Notes: generated by a model not told the origin, from the letters alone. Shown: positions 45,930 through 58,446, numbered from the stretch's first letter. The stretch is 64,000 bases of DNA from Naegleria gruberi (GCA_000004985.1 GG738846.1); one strand, 5' to 3'. Numbers and translations: made by a program.

Positions 45930-47453
45930 ATGATACAATGGCATCCATTAAAATCTATGATAGATAAAAACATCTCACAAATTGAACAAAAGAGACACGA
46001 CATAAATAATCAAATAGAAATTGACAGCTCCGATGAGACTGATGAAAATTCTTTGGGTACTCCTCTATTCGGAAATGTTCTCGTAGACTTTTTACTGATG
46101 ACTAACAATCAAAAAAATGTTTATGACGAATTTATATTAATGCTAAAGAAGCCCACACTACTGAATGAAGGTCTGGGAGATTATATTTTTATTCCATTCA
46201 TTTTTACTTTAGGTTTTAAATATCAGGAGATTATTATCTACTCCATTATTGAATTATTTTGTAAATTTAGGAAAAAATTAATTATTCAATTAATTGAAGA
46301 CTTTTTAAACTTCATGTCTCAAAGACCAAAAATTGATGCTTTGAAACAATTATTTAGAAAATTATGTTACAAAATTAATGATACAACTTTACTTGTAAAG
46401 TTTGATACGTATGAAAATATTAAAATAGGGAAATCAGAAGAACAATTAAAAGAGTTAGACATTTTTGGATTGTACAAAACTAAAACTATGAAAAGAAATA
46501 GTACCATGATGGAAGCAAGTGATCACCAACAGAAAACAACTCCTGAAGTAGAGTCAACTCTTCCAGAGCCATCACCAAAGAAATCTAAATTGATTGAGGA
46601 GGCTATTCCTCATACATCAATAGAATTATCATCAGACCAAAGAAAGGATATTTTGAAACTGAAGAAGCTTATTGAAAAAGCATCTAATCAAAAATCGATC
46701 AACATTCAATCAATACTATCAATTTTGAATAGTGCTCTCTGTCTTAAACAAATGGAAATGATATTTGAAGAATTGTCAATAGATAATCTCAATGATGGAT
46801 TGCTATTTCACATTATACAAGGTCTTTTTTCAAAAAGTGGACTAACAACTAATAATAACCATATTGACACATGTGATCAATGCTCCTCTATTATACAGCA
46901 TTTAATTCAACCAAAATTGATTAATATGAAGCAAAAGGCCTCTAGACATTTATTTTCAAGCATTCAACAAGTTTGTTGTAATCAAAAATTTAGTAATATG
47001 ATTATTGAACTAATAATTCTCAACCTTTTAAGAGAAAAATCATTATCTGTAGATCAAATTGAGATAATTACTAGAATATTAGATAAAATAATTGATGTTG
47101 AAGGGAAGGGGTATTTGTTCAAACTGATTATTGAAAATATTTCCAACAAACAAATCAAGTGGAATGAAGAAACAACCATTAATATTCTAAATAGGGTTAT
47201 GGAAACAAAAAATTTAATATCAAAAATTGATATTAATTTACTGGAGCAACTCATTACAGAATTTGAAGAGATTATTCCCCAATATTCGAAATCTTTAAAG
47301 TTTGCTCTTTTAGTTTCTAATTTTTTAACAATAGTTGGGCAAACACATATCATAAAGTCTCACTACCCATCAATCAAAGATATTATTGGACAACTAGACA
47401 ATAAGATGAAAGAGAATATTGAGAAAAAGTTTGAAAATTTTCAAACAAAGTGA
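45930..47453 (+). CDS. hypothetical alpha-helical protein (507 aa)
   Basis: Long ORF. No domain recognised. Confidence 0.4.
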   Translation: MIQWHPLKSMIDKNISQIEQKRHDINNQIEIDSSDETDENSLGTPLFGNVLVDFLLMTNNQKNVYDEFILMLKKPTLLNEGLGDYIFIPFIFTLGFKYQEIIIYSIIELFCKFRKKLIIQLIEDFLNFMSQRPKIDALKQLFRKLCYKINDTTLLVKFDTYENIKIGKSEEQLKELDIFGLYKTKTMKRNSTMMEASDHQQKTTPEVESTLPEPSPKKSKLIEEAIPHTSIELSSDQRKDILKLKKLIEKASNQKSINIQSILSILNSALCLKQMEMIFEELSIDNLNDGLLFHIIQGLFSKSGLTTNNNHIDTCDQCSSIIQHLIQPKLINMKQKASRHLFSSIQQVCCNQKFSNMIIELIILNLLREKSLSVDQIEIITRILDKIIDVEGKGYLFKLIIENISNKQIKWNEETTINILNRVMETKNLISKIDINLLEQLITEFEEIIPQYSKSLKFALLVSNFLTIVGQTHIIKSHYPSIKDIIGQLDNKMKENIEKKFENFQTK

Positions 47454-47506
47454 CTTCCCGCCTTTTGTAGTTAAGTTGGTTCAAAAACAAGTACAAAAAA
47501 ATAAAG

Positions 47507-50500
47507 ATGGTACGTCTTTTGCATTTTAGCTTGTCTGATTTAAACCTCATACAATACGTTGATAAATATTGTATCCATTATTAATTGATCCGATCATTTT
47601 AGAAACAACTCTTCACTGTTACTCAAGAAACAAACGGCAGAGGACCTGTTGTTTTTAGCTGGCAGAAGAGTGGTAACTACCTTGCTTGTGTAGGTTCCTA
47701 CAGAAGAGTACATATTTTCGACAGGCAAGGAAATTTATATCATCAAATATCCTTAGAAGATTCTGGAAAAGTTATTGCTTTGGACTGGGATTATAGTGAT
47801 GAAACTCTTGCCATAATGCAAGAAGGTTCAAGTAAGGTACCTCTCTTTCATATTAATACAAAAAAGGAGGAAAATATTGAAACAAGTATGAAAGAGTTGA
47901 GTTTTATGAGGTGGGCCATTGCTGGACCTTACTTGGCTATCGGAAGTGTAAAAGGAACATTGCTAATCTACAATAAGAAAATTAGCAAGTACGTCCCTAT
48001 CAAGGGTAAACATACAAAAAAGATTACAACAGGTTCTTGGAATGCTCAAAATGTTCTTGCTCTTGGTTCTGAAGATATGCAAATAACTATCAGTGATATT
48101 AATGGTGACAATATCAAACAAAAACCAGCCAAATCTGAACCAAAAACAATGGAATTTTTGAGGGTAAAGAAGAGAAATTCAAAGGATACAACTGTTGCTG
48201 CAATAGTAGGAGGAAATTTTTGGATGTATGATTATGAAGATGAAACAGAACCGAAACCAACAGAACTTGGATTTAGTGATGATTATGGTAAAATGGTTTG
48301 CTTTAAATCATTTGGTGACGGATATTTGCTCCTTGGTTTCGATAAGGGTTATGTTGTGATTGCCTCAACACATGCTGAAGAAATTGGTAATGAAGTTAAT
48401 TCTTGTAAAGTCCATGATTCTGAATTGAAGAATATTACCTATTGTGATGCTTTGAAGAAGGGTGCCTCAATAGGAGAAAATTGTGTCAAAGTATTTGATT
48501 TATCAGATTTAGCAACATTTGATACAAACACTGTAGATAGATATGAATTAGACAATGAATATGGAGCTCTGAATAAGGTACAGTGGACAGAAGATGGACA
48601 AATATTGACAGTGTCCTCAAACAATGGTAATTTGTACAATTTTTTGACCAGTATTCCAGCATTGAACGACAACCATGGTAAAAATGTATTAATGTTAGTT
48701 TCTCTCAGAGAACTGATGATTAAGGATGAAGTTAATGAAAAAGTAGTTGCCAGGTTTTCAATTGATATTGAACCAAGTTTTGTGGCACTTGGTCCAGAAC
48801 ATGTTGCTGTTGGAATGAATAATAGAGTTTGGTATTATAGAGTTGAAAATAGTTCTGCAACATTAATATCCACAAGAGAATATTTAGGAACAGTTGAAAA
48901 AGTATTTGTTGGATTCGATTACGCTGCTGTATTGTCAGGTGGTAAGATTACGCTTCATCTTATTGAGAATACAGAAGATGAAAAATGGAAAGGAAGAGAA
49001 GAAAAACACTTTCCTGAAAAGGATGATGGGTCAGTTATTACAACGTTAACTATGGCTCCAGATTTCCTTATCTATGGAACATCTAGAGGCACAATATGTT
49101 ACTTTTCTCTGGATGATTGGTCAACAGTGAATGAGTTTAGACATGATGTTGGTATTTCTTCTGTATTTACTAATATTATTGGTACTAGATTGGTATTTAT
49201 TGATGAAACAAATGCAGGATTTTTATATAGTCCTGTGGATGATTCACTTGTGGGAATTGAGTCTTTCCCTAGCTCTGTTGATAAGGTGTTGTGGGATCAG
49301 GCAGATCAAAATGTATTCGTTGTTTGCGATAGTAAGAAGTTCACAACATATGTTTATAGTCACACAACAAGATGGGGTCCAAAAGTGTTCAGTGTTAAAT
49401 TAGATAGTGACACACCAACAAGAACAATTAGACCAGAAGGATTCATGCCAATATTTTTAAATAATGGAAAAGTTTGCTGCCAAATGAAAAATGGTTCAAT
49501 AGCCCACCTTATCTTGGCTTCTCATTCTGATTATGATTTGAAAACATTTGAAGATAAGAAGAGAGCATTTAACCAAGCAATTTCCTTGCTTAGATTAGAG
49601 GACGCCTGGGCTATTGCTCTCGATTTGAATCAAGAGGTTTTTTGGAATAGATTGAAGGATGTAGCTGTTGACAATTTGGAATTGGAATTAGCCATGAAGG
49701 TTTATAGATTGAAAGGAAACTCATCAATGGTTATGGCACTTAACGAGCTGATAAAATTAGATGAAATTAATTTGATAATTGGAAACCTGGCCATGATATC
49801 TGGTGATTTTACAGATGCAGAGTCAAAATTCCTTCAATCAACGCAACCAATCAAAGCTTTGGAAATGAGAAGGGATTTAATGAATTGGGATAGAGCTCTT
49901 CAACTTGCTCAAAATCTTGATCCCAACCAAATACCTGTAATTTCGAGGGAATACGCCAATCAGTTGGAACTTAAAGGAGAATATCAAAGAGCATACGATT
50001 TATATCAAAGAGCTGTATTAGACCCTAACCCAGAAAATAGTTCCCACAATCAAATATGTAATGAAGGTCTAACTAGAATAACAATCAGATTAGGTGATCT
50101 CAGAAAAGGATTCGAATTGGCAATGAAGAGTAAGAATAAGAAGCTCTGTAGAGAATGTGCTTTAATATTTGAGGAACTATCTCAGTTCGATGACGCTGCA
50201 GCTCTTTATGAAGAAGCAGAAATGTATGAAAAATCTGCAGAAGTGTATATTCAAAATAAGAGCTACACAAAGGTAACAAACTTGATGAAATCAAAGAATA
50301 TTATGAATCCTAGACTTCATCTCCAATTCGCCAAAGCAAAGGAATTAGAAGGAAAATATGAAGAGGCAGCAAATTCTTACGAAAAAGCAGGTGATATCAA
50401 CAGTGTTATTAATATTAATTTGAGATATTTGAATAATATTCCAAAGGCTATTGATCTGGTAAAGAAAACCAAATCAACTGATGGAGCCAATATGATTGCC

Positions 50501-51679
50501 AGCTATTGTAAAGAAAAAGGAAATTACAAGTCATCAATTGAATTCTTGATAATGGCTGAAAAAGTTGATGAAGCATTTGAAATTGCAAAGGCTCATGATG
50601 AAATGGACACTTATGCTAAAATTGTTGGTGAAGGAGCAGACAAGTCTGAATACTTGAGCATTGCTAAGTATTATGAGTCGAAAGTTGCCCTTGACAGAGC
50701 TGCTGATTATTATCTGAAATGTGAAGAGTACACTACCGCTCTTACTCTCTACATTCAGTGTTCATCTAGACTGAAACAAGACTCTAAAGAAATGGAAAAT
50801 GTTATTGACAAGGCAATTGATGTTGTTGCTGCTGCAAAGAATGACAATCTAACTCACTCCTTGATTGACTTCTTGATGGGTCAAGTTGATAATGTTCCAA
50901 AAGATCCAAAACATGTTTTCAGGCTCTATATGGCTCTTGGTAACTTTAAACAAGCTGCAAGTACCGCTCTAGTTATTGCCAAACAAGAACAAGAAATTGG
51001 TAATTATCAAATTGCACATTCAATCCTCTTTGATACAGTAAGACAATTAGAGAAAAAAGGTCATCACGTGCAATTTGAACTGAGAGAAAGTTTGAATTTA
51101 CTCCACTCCTACTTGATTGTAAAATACCTTTCGAAAATGCAAGAACAAACCATTGCCTCAAGAATGTTACTCCGTATTACTAAGAATATCAGCAAATTCC
51201 CTCATCACATTGTACCAATTTTAACTTCTTCAGTTTTGCTTTGTTACAGATCTGGTCTTAAAAAATCAGCTTTTGAAAATGCCACAGTTCTTGTTCGACC
51301 AGAGCATCAAAATTTGATACCAGCCGAAAAGAAAAAGACAATAGTACAACTTGTAAGAAAGCGAAAGGCTTATGAAGACGAACCTGAACCAACTTCAGGA
51401 TGCCCAATTTGTTCTGCTCCACTTTCAGACTCCTCATTATACTGTGAGCATTGTATGAATAATGTACCAATGTGTATTTCTTCTGGTTTACACATGGTTT
51501 TAGATGACTGGTGTCAATGTCCTCAATGTCAATTCTCCTCAAGACATTCTCACTTTATCAAAATGGTTGACAGCTTGGGCAATAAGTGTCCAATGTGTGC
51601 TCAGACAGTAAATCCAGAAAATGTAAACAAATTAACAATTGAACAAGCAAAGATTGTTGTAGACAAATATCTAAAATAA
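47507..51679 (+). CDS. WDR19: intraflagellar transport protein 144 (WDR19, IFT-A complex): WD40 propellers, TPR-like solenoid and a C-terminal Zn-finger-like Cys cluster
   Basis: A one-codon exon (ATG 47507..47509) precedes a 93-nt GTACGT...TTTTAG intron. The main exon is 47603..51679. VVFSWQKSGNYLACVGSYRRVHIFDRQGN, KALEMRRDLMNWDRALQLAQNLDPNQIPVISREYANQLE and HIVPILTSSVLLCYRSGLKKSAF match human WDR19 throughout. The C-terminal cluster reads CPIC...CEHC...CPQC...CPMC. Confidence 0.9.
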
Positions 51680-51749
51680 ATACTTACAATTTAATATTAA
51701 ATTTCATTAAAATAGTTGAATTTAATTAGAAAAACGTTTCAAAAAAAAA

Positions 51750-54251
51750 ATGCCACCAAAAAAACGTGGAGAACTCTCATCAAAAGAGAGAGCAACAATT
51801 GCAAAGTCAACAAAGAGCATCAGTCTCGCATCTAACCCTTTCGAAAATATTCAACAAAGTAGAAAAAAGGCCATTATGGGAGCAAATAACACCCAAGTTC
51901 GACAAACAAGCAAGGCCAGATCAAATGACATCAACGTTAGAAAAGATACATTGCTGAAGGATTTTTGGAAGCAACAAAAACCTTCAAACAAATTTGTGGA
52001 TAAGAGACAATTAGCTTTTGATAAAACCCTCAACAAGGTGGATAAGAAGAGAAAGAAGTTTCAAATCGGAGATGATGATGAAGATGAAATGGATACTAAT
52101 TTAAAAAGAACAAAATTATCTTCATTCTCCACTCTAGGTGATATCGATGAAAGTATTGACAAGGAATTATTTAGGGATGATTACCAAACTGATGATATTG
52201 ATTCTAGATATAGTACAAAGGATGAAGTATCAGTCCTTAGAAATTTGAAAGGTATAGGAAGAGGAGAAGTTTCTTCAACCTTTGGTTTTGAACAACAAAT
52301 AGAGAGAAAATTATCCAAGAGAGAGAGAATGAATTTAAGAATTAGAGGATTTAAAGAACGTAAAATGGAACAAAAGATGGATAAGGAAGATAACTTGAAC
52401 ATGATAGAACTTTTGGATAACGATGAAGATCTTATGGAATTACTCAAATCTGATTCCACAAAGAAGGAAACCTCGAACACCAATAAGCAAGACACCAAAA
52501 AATCTCTCGATTATGATAAATTCTTGGACATGATCAAGAAGGGAGAAGATATTGATTTGACTTCTATTAGTGAAAAGAAGGAGGGTCAACAATTATTTGA
52601 AAAACAAACTAAACAGGAGGAAGGAGAAAGTTTAGAAGAGACTGAGTCAAGTGATGAAAAAGAAACTGAAGACACAAGTGAATCCTATGCACAAGATAGC
52701 TTCATAGATGATACTATTATGAGTGACGAAAATGAAGAAGAAAATGAAGACATTATCAGTGAAGAAAAGGACGAAAATAATGCTGAAGAAATCGAAGAAG
52801 ATTCTGCATCCTCCCAACCAGAGGAAGAAGACATTGAAAGTGAACAAGAAAATGATCAAGATGGTGAAAATTCCTATATCCAAGATAGTTTTATCAATGA
52901 TGAACCAATTTCTGGTGATGAAGAAGAGCAATTTGAAGAAGAAGAAGGTTTGGAAACAACAGAAAAAGATTTAGAAGAACTTTCACAATTAATTTCTAAC
53001 AATTCAGACAAGATACAAGAAAAATTGATTGAAACCATTGAAAAGAATGGACAGCCAGAAAATGAAAAACTATTCTTTACTATTGTCACGTTGTTGGTAG
53101 AGCAAGTAGGATTTGGAGAGTGGCTCTCCTCAAAGAGCAAAATTAATTTCAATCTATTGGTGAATGATCTTACTCAAGTTTTATTCAAATTAACTACCAA
53201 ACAGCCTAATACTGCCCATGATGTGTTCCACATGTTCTTATTGAGCACTTTCAATAAGTATGAAGTTTTAGAAGTTCCAAATTTGGGTGAATTAATTGTT
53301 TTAAAGATGATTACTACAGTCTATCCTCTTAAGGAAAGAATCGAAAGTCCAATACTTTCTCTCACCAATTTATTAATCCATCTCTATTTGGAAAAATCGA
53401 AACAATTCTTAACATCTCCCCTCAATATGCCAGCCATTCTCTTTTTAACATCTCTTTCAATCATTATTGACAAGGAATGCACTTTCTACTCCCCAGATGT
53501 TGTCAATACTCTCAAAGAAATTATAGCAAGAAGTGAAAAGAAACAAAAGAGTAACAAGAAAAAGACTGAGAAGAAGCCAAACTTGTTCAGATCAATTTAT
53601 GACTCAAATGAGGAATGTCAATGTTTTGAATGGGCAACACATTTGCTTTCCATCTATAGTCAACACTTGGAAAAGAATTTCTCAAAGAAAGTATCAACAA
53701 ATGATCACTTTAAGAAACTTTTGGATAGTGAAGGATTTTCCAGTATTAGTAGAGACCATATTGAAAACTTTAATATCATATTCGAGGGTATTAAATTGAA
53801 TGAAAAACCAATTCAAATCGATGAAGTTAAATCAGAAATTAATTACAAAACAAAGAAACCAAAAGCAATCGCTCAGTTTGAGCCACTCCTATTTGGTGAT
53901 AAGAATGGATCAATTGATTCCATGAAGAGTAAATACACTGATGAAAATCCTGAGCAAACTAAAATCAAGACATTAAAGAAGAAGATTGCAAAAGAAAAAC
54001 GTAAGGCCATATCAGAATTGAGAAAGGACAATCAATTTATCAGATCTGCCAGGGAACAAGTGGCAGCTGAAGAAGCACACCAAAGAAAGCAAAAGTATAA
54101 GAATGTCATTGATACTCTCAGAAGTGAAAGAATGGAACAAAATCAAATCGATAGAAAGAATAGAGATATTGAAAAGATGAAGAAGGATATGAGAACAACC
54201 AGAAAGAATGTCGGAAAACAATCAGTAAGTGCTGTTTCCAAAAATAAATAA
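51750..54251 (+). CDS. NOP14: nucleolar protein 14 (NOP14; small-subunit processome / 40S biogenesis)
   Basis: The basic N-terminus KSISLASNPFE aligns with NOP14 SLAANPFE. It has an acidic central region and a helical C-terminal domain. The C-terminal KAISELRKDNQFIRSAREQ aligns with human NOP14 GAVREIRKDNQFLARMQ. Confidence 0.75.
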   Translation: MPPKKRGELSSKERATIAKSTKSISLASNPFENIQQSRKKAIMGANNTQVRQTSKARSNDINVRKDTLLKDFWKQQKPSNKFVDKRQLAFDKTLNKVDKKRKKFQIGDDDEDEMDTNLKRTKLSSFSTLGDIDESIDKELFRDDYQTDDIDSRYSTKDEVSVLRNLKGIGRGEVSSTFGFEQQIERKLSKRERMNLRIRGFKERKMEQKMDKEDNLNMIELLDNDEDLMELLKSDSTKKETSNTNKQDTKKSLDYDKFLDMIKKGEDIDLTSISEKKEGQQLFEKQTKQEEGESLEETESSDEKETEDTSESYAQDSFIDDTIMSDENEEENEDIISEEKDENNAEEIEEDSASSQPEEEDIESEQENDQDGENSYIQDSFINDEPISGDEEEQFEEEEGLETTEKDLEELSQLISNNSDKIQEKLIETIEKNGQPENEKLFFTIVTLLVEQVGFGEWLSSKSKINFNLLVNDLTQVLFKLTTKQPNTAHDVFHMFLLSTFNKYEVLEVPNLGELIVLKMITTVYPLKERIESPILSLTNLLIHLYLEKSKQFLTSPLNMPAILFLTSLSIIIDKECTFYSPDVVNTLKEIIARSEKKQKSNKKKTEKKPNLFRSIYDSNEECQCFEWATHLLSIYSQHLEKNFSKKVSTNDHFKKLLDSEGFSSISRDHIENFNIIFEGIKLNEKPIQIDEVKSEINYKTKKPKAIAQFEPLLFGDKNGSIDSMKSKYTDENPEQTKIKTLKKKIAKEKRKAISELRKDNQFIRSAREQVAAEEAHQRKQKYKNVIDTLRSERMEQNQIDRKNRDIEKMKKDMRTTRKNVGKQSVSAVSKNK

Positions 54252-54407
54252 AAATAAAGGAGTGTTTATTACTAAATAAGTAATACTTGAATTGCAGCCG
54301 ATTGTGAATTGTTTACATTGAGTAAGGTTTGAGGTTAAGAAGTGAGAGGCTGAAGACAAGTTTCCAAAATTAAAACAGTAAAGGTAAACATTAAAAATTA
54401 AATAAAA

Positions 54408-54944
54408 ATGGTCTCATCAACCTCTCATCAACATGAACAAGAATTCAATCAATATTTAAAATATAAGGAAATGATGATTCTTCGGGATACTAAATGTTTA
54501 CACACTGATATAACAATCGATGAATTTTTAACTGCTCATCATGAATTCAATAACTCATCATCACTAATTGAAAACAAAAATTTCATATTCAAACAAGCGA
54601 ATTATGTAAAATACTTGCTCTATCATACAAATAATGGATTTGAATTAACAGAGAAGGAAATTAAATCAAAATTATTACAATTTACAGAAAATGAATTAAA
54701 AGCTGAAATACATCCGAAAGATCTATTCATAAAATCATCACCCTATCACAACTTGTACAAGTACTACTTTATCGGAAATTTAAATTCGCCCAACACAGAT
54801 ATTGACTGTGCAATGGACCAATTCCATTCTCTCAATAGATTCTTTCTTACTTGTTTGCTATTTACTACACCTCTCATTATTAAAAATTACGGAATGACAA
54901 GAGTTTTGAATACTATTGTGAGGAGATTTAATATTAAATTTTAA
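54408..54944 (+). CDS. hypothetical protein (178 aa)
   Basis: ORF with coding-like composition in a tight co-directional array. No domain recognised. Confidence 0.35.
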   Translation: MVSSTSHQHEQEFNQYLKYKEMMILRDTKCLHTDITIDEFLTAHHEFNNSSSLIENKNFIFKQANYVKYLLYHTNNGFELTEKEIKSKLLQFTENELKAEIHPKDLFIKSSPYHNLYKYYFIGNLNSPNTDIDCAMDQFHSLNRFFLTCLLFTTPLIIKNYGMTRVLNTIVRRFNIKF

Positions 54945-55057
54945 TGTAATTTGTTCATCACTAACAATCATTTCACTAATTTGATGATTTTATATTTCTT
55001 CTCGAATCATATCTAACAATAATTATTGAATGAGAGAAAATTAACTTTGGGTATGAC

Positions 55058-56614
55058 TTGCAAATATTCAGCAACAATTTTGAAATTTCGGGTATGAAAA
55101 AAATGTTTACCCCAAAAAACATCAAACATTTTGTTTCCACCACTGGTGTTGCCACTTTATCAAGAAGACCATGTTTTGTTGCTCTCAGTAACCATACAAC
55201 AACTCTCTTTAATATAAACAATAATTCATCTTGTTTTGTTAGAGAATTTTCAACCAATTCTAGTGGCAATTACCAACAAGAAGAAGGAAACAATAAGAAT
55301 TTTTACAATAGTAAAACTCTTGCTCTCGGACTTGTTGGAGGTTTGCTTTCCTCTATTGCTGCCTATTATTATTTCGATAATAATAGAAATAATGTAGATG
55401 ATAATTTACACACTCTCCTTGCTCAAGCATTATCTGCTCAAGAAAATTCAACCTTCGAAGAACAAGAAAGAACCAAAAAGAATGTTAATGCATTGCTACA
55501 ACATAATACTCCAATTTATAGAGTTGTTTTGACAGGAGGACCTTGTGCTGGTAAATCGAGTGCCATGACCAAGTTGAGAGAAAGATTACAAAATTTGGGA
55601 TTTCAAGTTTTTATTATTCCAGAAGCAGCTACCTTGTTAATGACTGGTGGTGCCAAAGTTACTGATAATTCTTCTGTTGAAGATGTTTTAGCTTTTGAAT
55701 CTTCTTTAATTAAAACTCAAATGGCTATTGAGGATAATTTCCAAGAAATTGCAAGAGTAAGCAAAAAACCGACTATTTTACTTTGTGATAGAGGTACTTT
55801 GGATCCAAAGGCTTACATGGCTGATGATTTATGGCAAGCATTGATGGATATGAATGGTTGGTCAATTCCAATGCTTCGTGATAAGAGATATGATTGTGTA
55901 ATCCATCTTGTTACAACTGCAATTGGTGCTGAAAAATTCTACACTTTGGAAAATAATACTGTCAGAACTGAAACTATTGAACAAGCAAGAGAGTTGGATC
56001 ATAGGCTCAGAGCTTCATACATTGGCCATTCTCAATTGTATATTGTTGATAATGCTGTGAATAGTTTTGATGAAAAATTGCAAAAAGTGTATAATATTCT
56101 TTCTCATCAAATTGGTATTCCAAGAGCTAAATCATCTAGAAGAAGATTCTTGTTAAAACCAATGGAAAAGGTAGACATGAATTTGAGACATGAAGTTATT
56201 GATTTGGAACAAATCTTTATTCCAACAGGAAACGAAAAGGACGTAACAAGAATTGTAAAACGTGGTCAAAATGGCGTCTTTACTTATTCCTATCATTCCA
56301 CTCAAACTATTGAAGATGGTTTGGAAAAGATTGAAGCTCGTCCAATCTCTGCCAGAACATACGTAAATCTTTCTTCTCAAGCTGACAAGTCTAGAATGCC
56401 AATTCTTAAAAAGATTTACAGTTTTGTTTATATGAATCACTACTTTGAACTTAATCACTACCTCAATGGCAAGGGTAAGGGTACCACTATTCTTACAGTG
56501 GAAGCAGTTGCAGGACAAGAAGTTTCTATTCCTCCATTTTTGGAACCATACATTTTGGAAGAAGTTACTGATAACAACAAGCTCTCTTCTTATGAATATG
56601 CTCTTAAGAATTAA
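55058..56614 (+). CDS. P-loop NTPase of the AAA_28/NadR-like ATPase type with an N-terminal hydrophobic/targeting segment and an additional C-terminal domain
   Basis: Walker A VVLTGGPCAGKSSAM with a downstream ILLCDRGTLD. About 200 aa of C-terminal sequence (possibly CYTH-like) follows. The start may be MKKMFTP at about 55094. Confidence 0.5.
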   Translation: MQIFSNNFEISGMKKMFTPKNIKHFVSTTGVATLSRRPCFVALSNHTTTLFNINNNSSCFVREFSTNSSGNYQQEEGNNKNFYNSKTLALGLVGGLLSSIAAYYYFDNNRNNVDDNLHTLLAQALSAQENSTFEEQERTKKNVNALLQHNTPIYRVVLTGGPCAGKSSAMTKLRERLQNLGFQVFIIPEAATLLMTGGAKVTDNSSVEDVLAFESSLIKTQMAIEDNFQEIARVSKKPTILLCDRGTLDPKAYMADDLWQALMDMNGWSIPMLRDKRYDCVIHLVTTAIGAEKFYTLENNTVRTETIEQARELDHRLRASYIGHSQLYIVDNAVNSFDEKLQKVYNILSHQIGIPRAKSSRRRFLLKPMEKVDMNLRHEVIDLEQIFIPTGNEKDVTRIVKRGQNGVFTYSYHSTQTIEDGLEKIEARPISARTYVNLSSQADKSRMPILKKIYSFVYMNHYFELNHYLNGKGKGTTILTVEAVAGQEVSIPPFLEPYILEEVTDNNKLSSYEYALKN

Positions 56615-56837
56615 GATGATTTATTCAATAAAAACTTTAGCTTTATGAAATTAATACGTTTTTGTCAACTATTATCATTATTTAACCTTTTTAAACCGAT
56701 AATATAAATAAAACACTTTTAATGTCTGTTCTGTACTAATAGTTGTAGTGCCAAAATAGTTGACAAACATTTACTTTTTGTGTGAAATATTTTTATTAAG
56801 CTAAGCTAATATTGTATTTATGCAATAAGAAGTAGAA

Positions 56838-57776
56838 TTAAAATTGGTTCAACTTCTTAGCAGCAAATGCTGGTAAATGGAAGCTTGCTGTGTGCAACTT
56901 GTCAGTGTAATATTTCAAGCTGTCCTTAGTCTTTTCATCCAACTTGTTGTACCAAGATTCAATTCTTCTAGGAACACTTGGATCCATATCTGGATTGGTT
57001 GAACAAACCAAGAATCCCAACAAACCACCAGGATAGGTAGGAGTGGAAACATAGGCATACTTTGCTTGATCAAAAACTTGTTCCAAATCCTTCTTGAGAT
57101 TTGAAATAAAGTCCAAATGCAACCACAAAGTTTCACTTTGTTGGGAGAAAATTCCATTAGGAACAAGAGCTTCTCTACAGGTAATGAAGAAATCCTTACT
57201 GAAGAGTACTTGAGCACACTCAATAGGATCAGAACAGTCATTAATGATAACATCAAAGTAATTCTTGTGTTGTTTCAAGTAAGCAGCACCATCAGCATTA
57301 ATAACCTTAACACGTGGATCTTCTAAACCACAGGACATTGTTGGAAGGAATTTCTTGGCAGCTTCGATAACTTCCTTATCAATTTCACACAAGACAACTT
57401 CTTCAATGGATGAATGTTTGAGAACTTCTCTAACACAACCACCATCACCACCTAAATTGTTTTAAAAAATTAGTAAAAAAATATATGAACTATTTCACAT
57501 ACCTCCGATAATACAGACACGCTTTGGTTCGTGACCAACAGTAACAAGTGGCAAGTGGCAAGCCATTTCTTGATAGGCACATTCATCTTTCTCTGTAGCT
57601 TGAATTGCTCCATCAAGAGCAAGAACGTTTCCATAACTTTCAGATTCAAAAACTAAAACATCTTGGAACTCTGACTTTTTGTGATATAAAACTTGTTTAA
57701 CTTTGAGATTTTTAGATTCGCCATCCCAAAGGCCGTTAGATTCTTCAGTAAACCATCCTTCTTTCCAAGCGTTCAT
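56838..57776 (-). CDS. SPDS: spermidine synthase
   Basis: Two exons (about 57503..57776 and 56838..57451) split by a 51-nt GTATGT...TTTAG intron. VLALDGAIQATEKDECAYQEM, IIGGGDGGCVREV, INDCSDPI and VSTPTYPGG give near-complete alignment with plant and animal spermidine synthase. Confidence 0.9.
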
Positions 57777-58446
57777 TTAGATCACCAATTGAGTGAGTTG
57801 TTTTTAAAGTTTTTGTGTGTAATTAAAAAAGTGTTTTTTTTTCAATCGAGAAGAAATAGTTAGTCTAATATGTGGCTCTATTTGAACTGTTTTCGAATCA
57901 CCACACACGACAATAAAACAGCAGCAGCATCTTCTTGCGTCCACAACAAAGATTGTTCAAGTTAGTTTCACTGTTGGAGTCTGGCTAAATTACTTACGGC
58001 CAATTTTACAATAATTGGTTGAATCGGTTCATTTTGTTGGCCAATGATTGGCTCGTTCTCTTTTCGCACAGAATCCCATTAGCCATTACAACCAGTTGAG
58101 AAGTGGTTAATTTGAAAATTCCACGATGTAAAAACAACTTTATACCGAAACCAATGAATTGTAAAGTGGGGCGAGTGAAAATATGGTACACAATTGGCCA
58201 TTTGTTTCAAATGAGTGGATATTTCCTTTCAAATTAACACGGATCCTTGTGCTCTTTGTAAAATGTATTTCTCACTTTAACGAATCTACAGTTTGTACAA
58301 TTTACAGTAAGGTGTATAAGTCCTCTATATTGGTATATTCTCTAATGTTGTTGTTATCAAAATTGAATGAATGAAATCTTAAAACCTGTTCAATCAGTTT
58401 GTTTGTTATTAAACTATAATAAAAATTAAATAAAAAGTATTAAAAA
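57777..58446. promoter_or_regulatory. divergent intergenic region between spermidine synthase (-) and INTS11 (+); presumed bidirectional promoter
   Basis: Inferred from position only. Confidence 0.25.
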
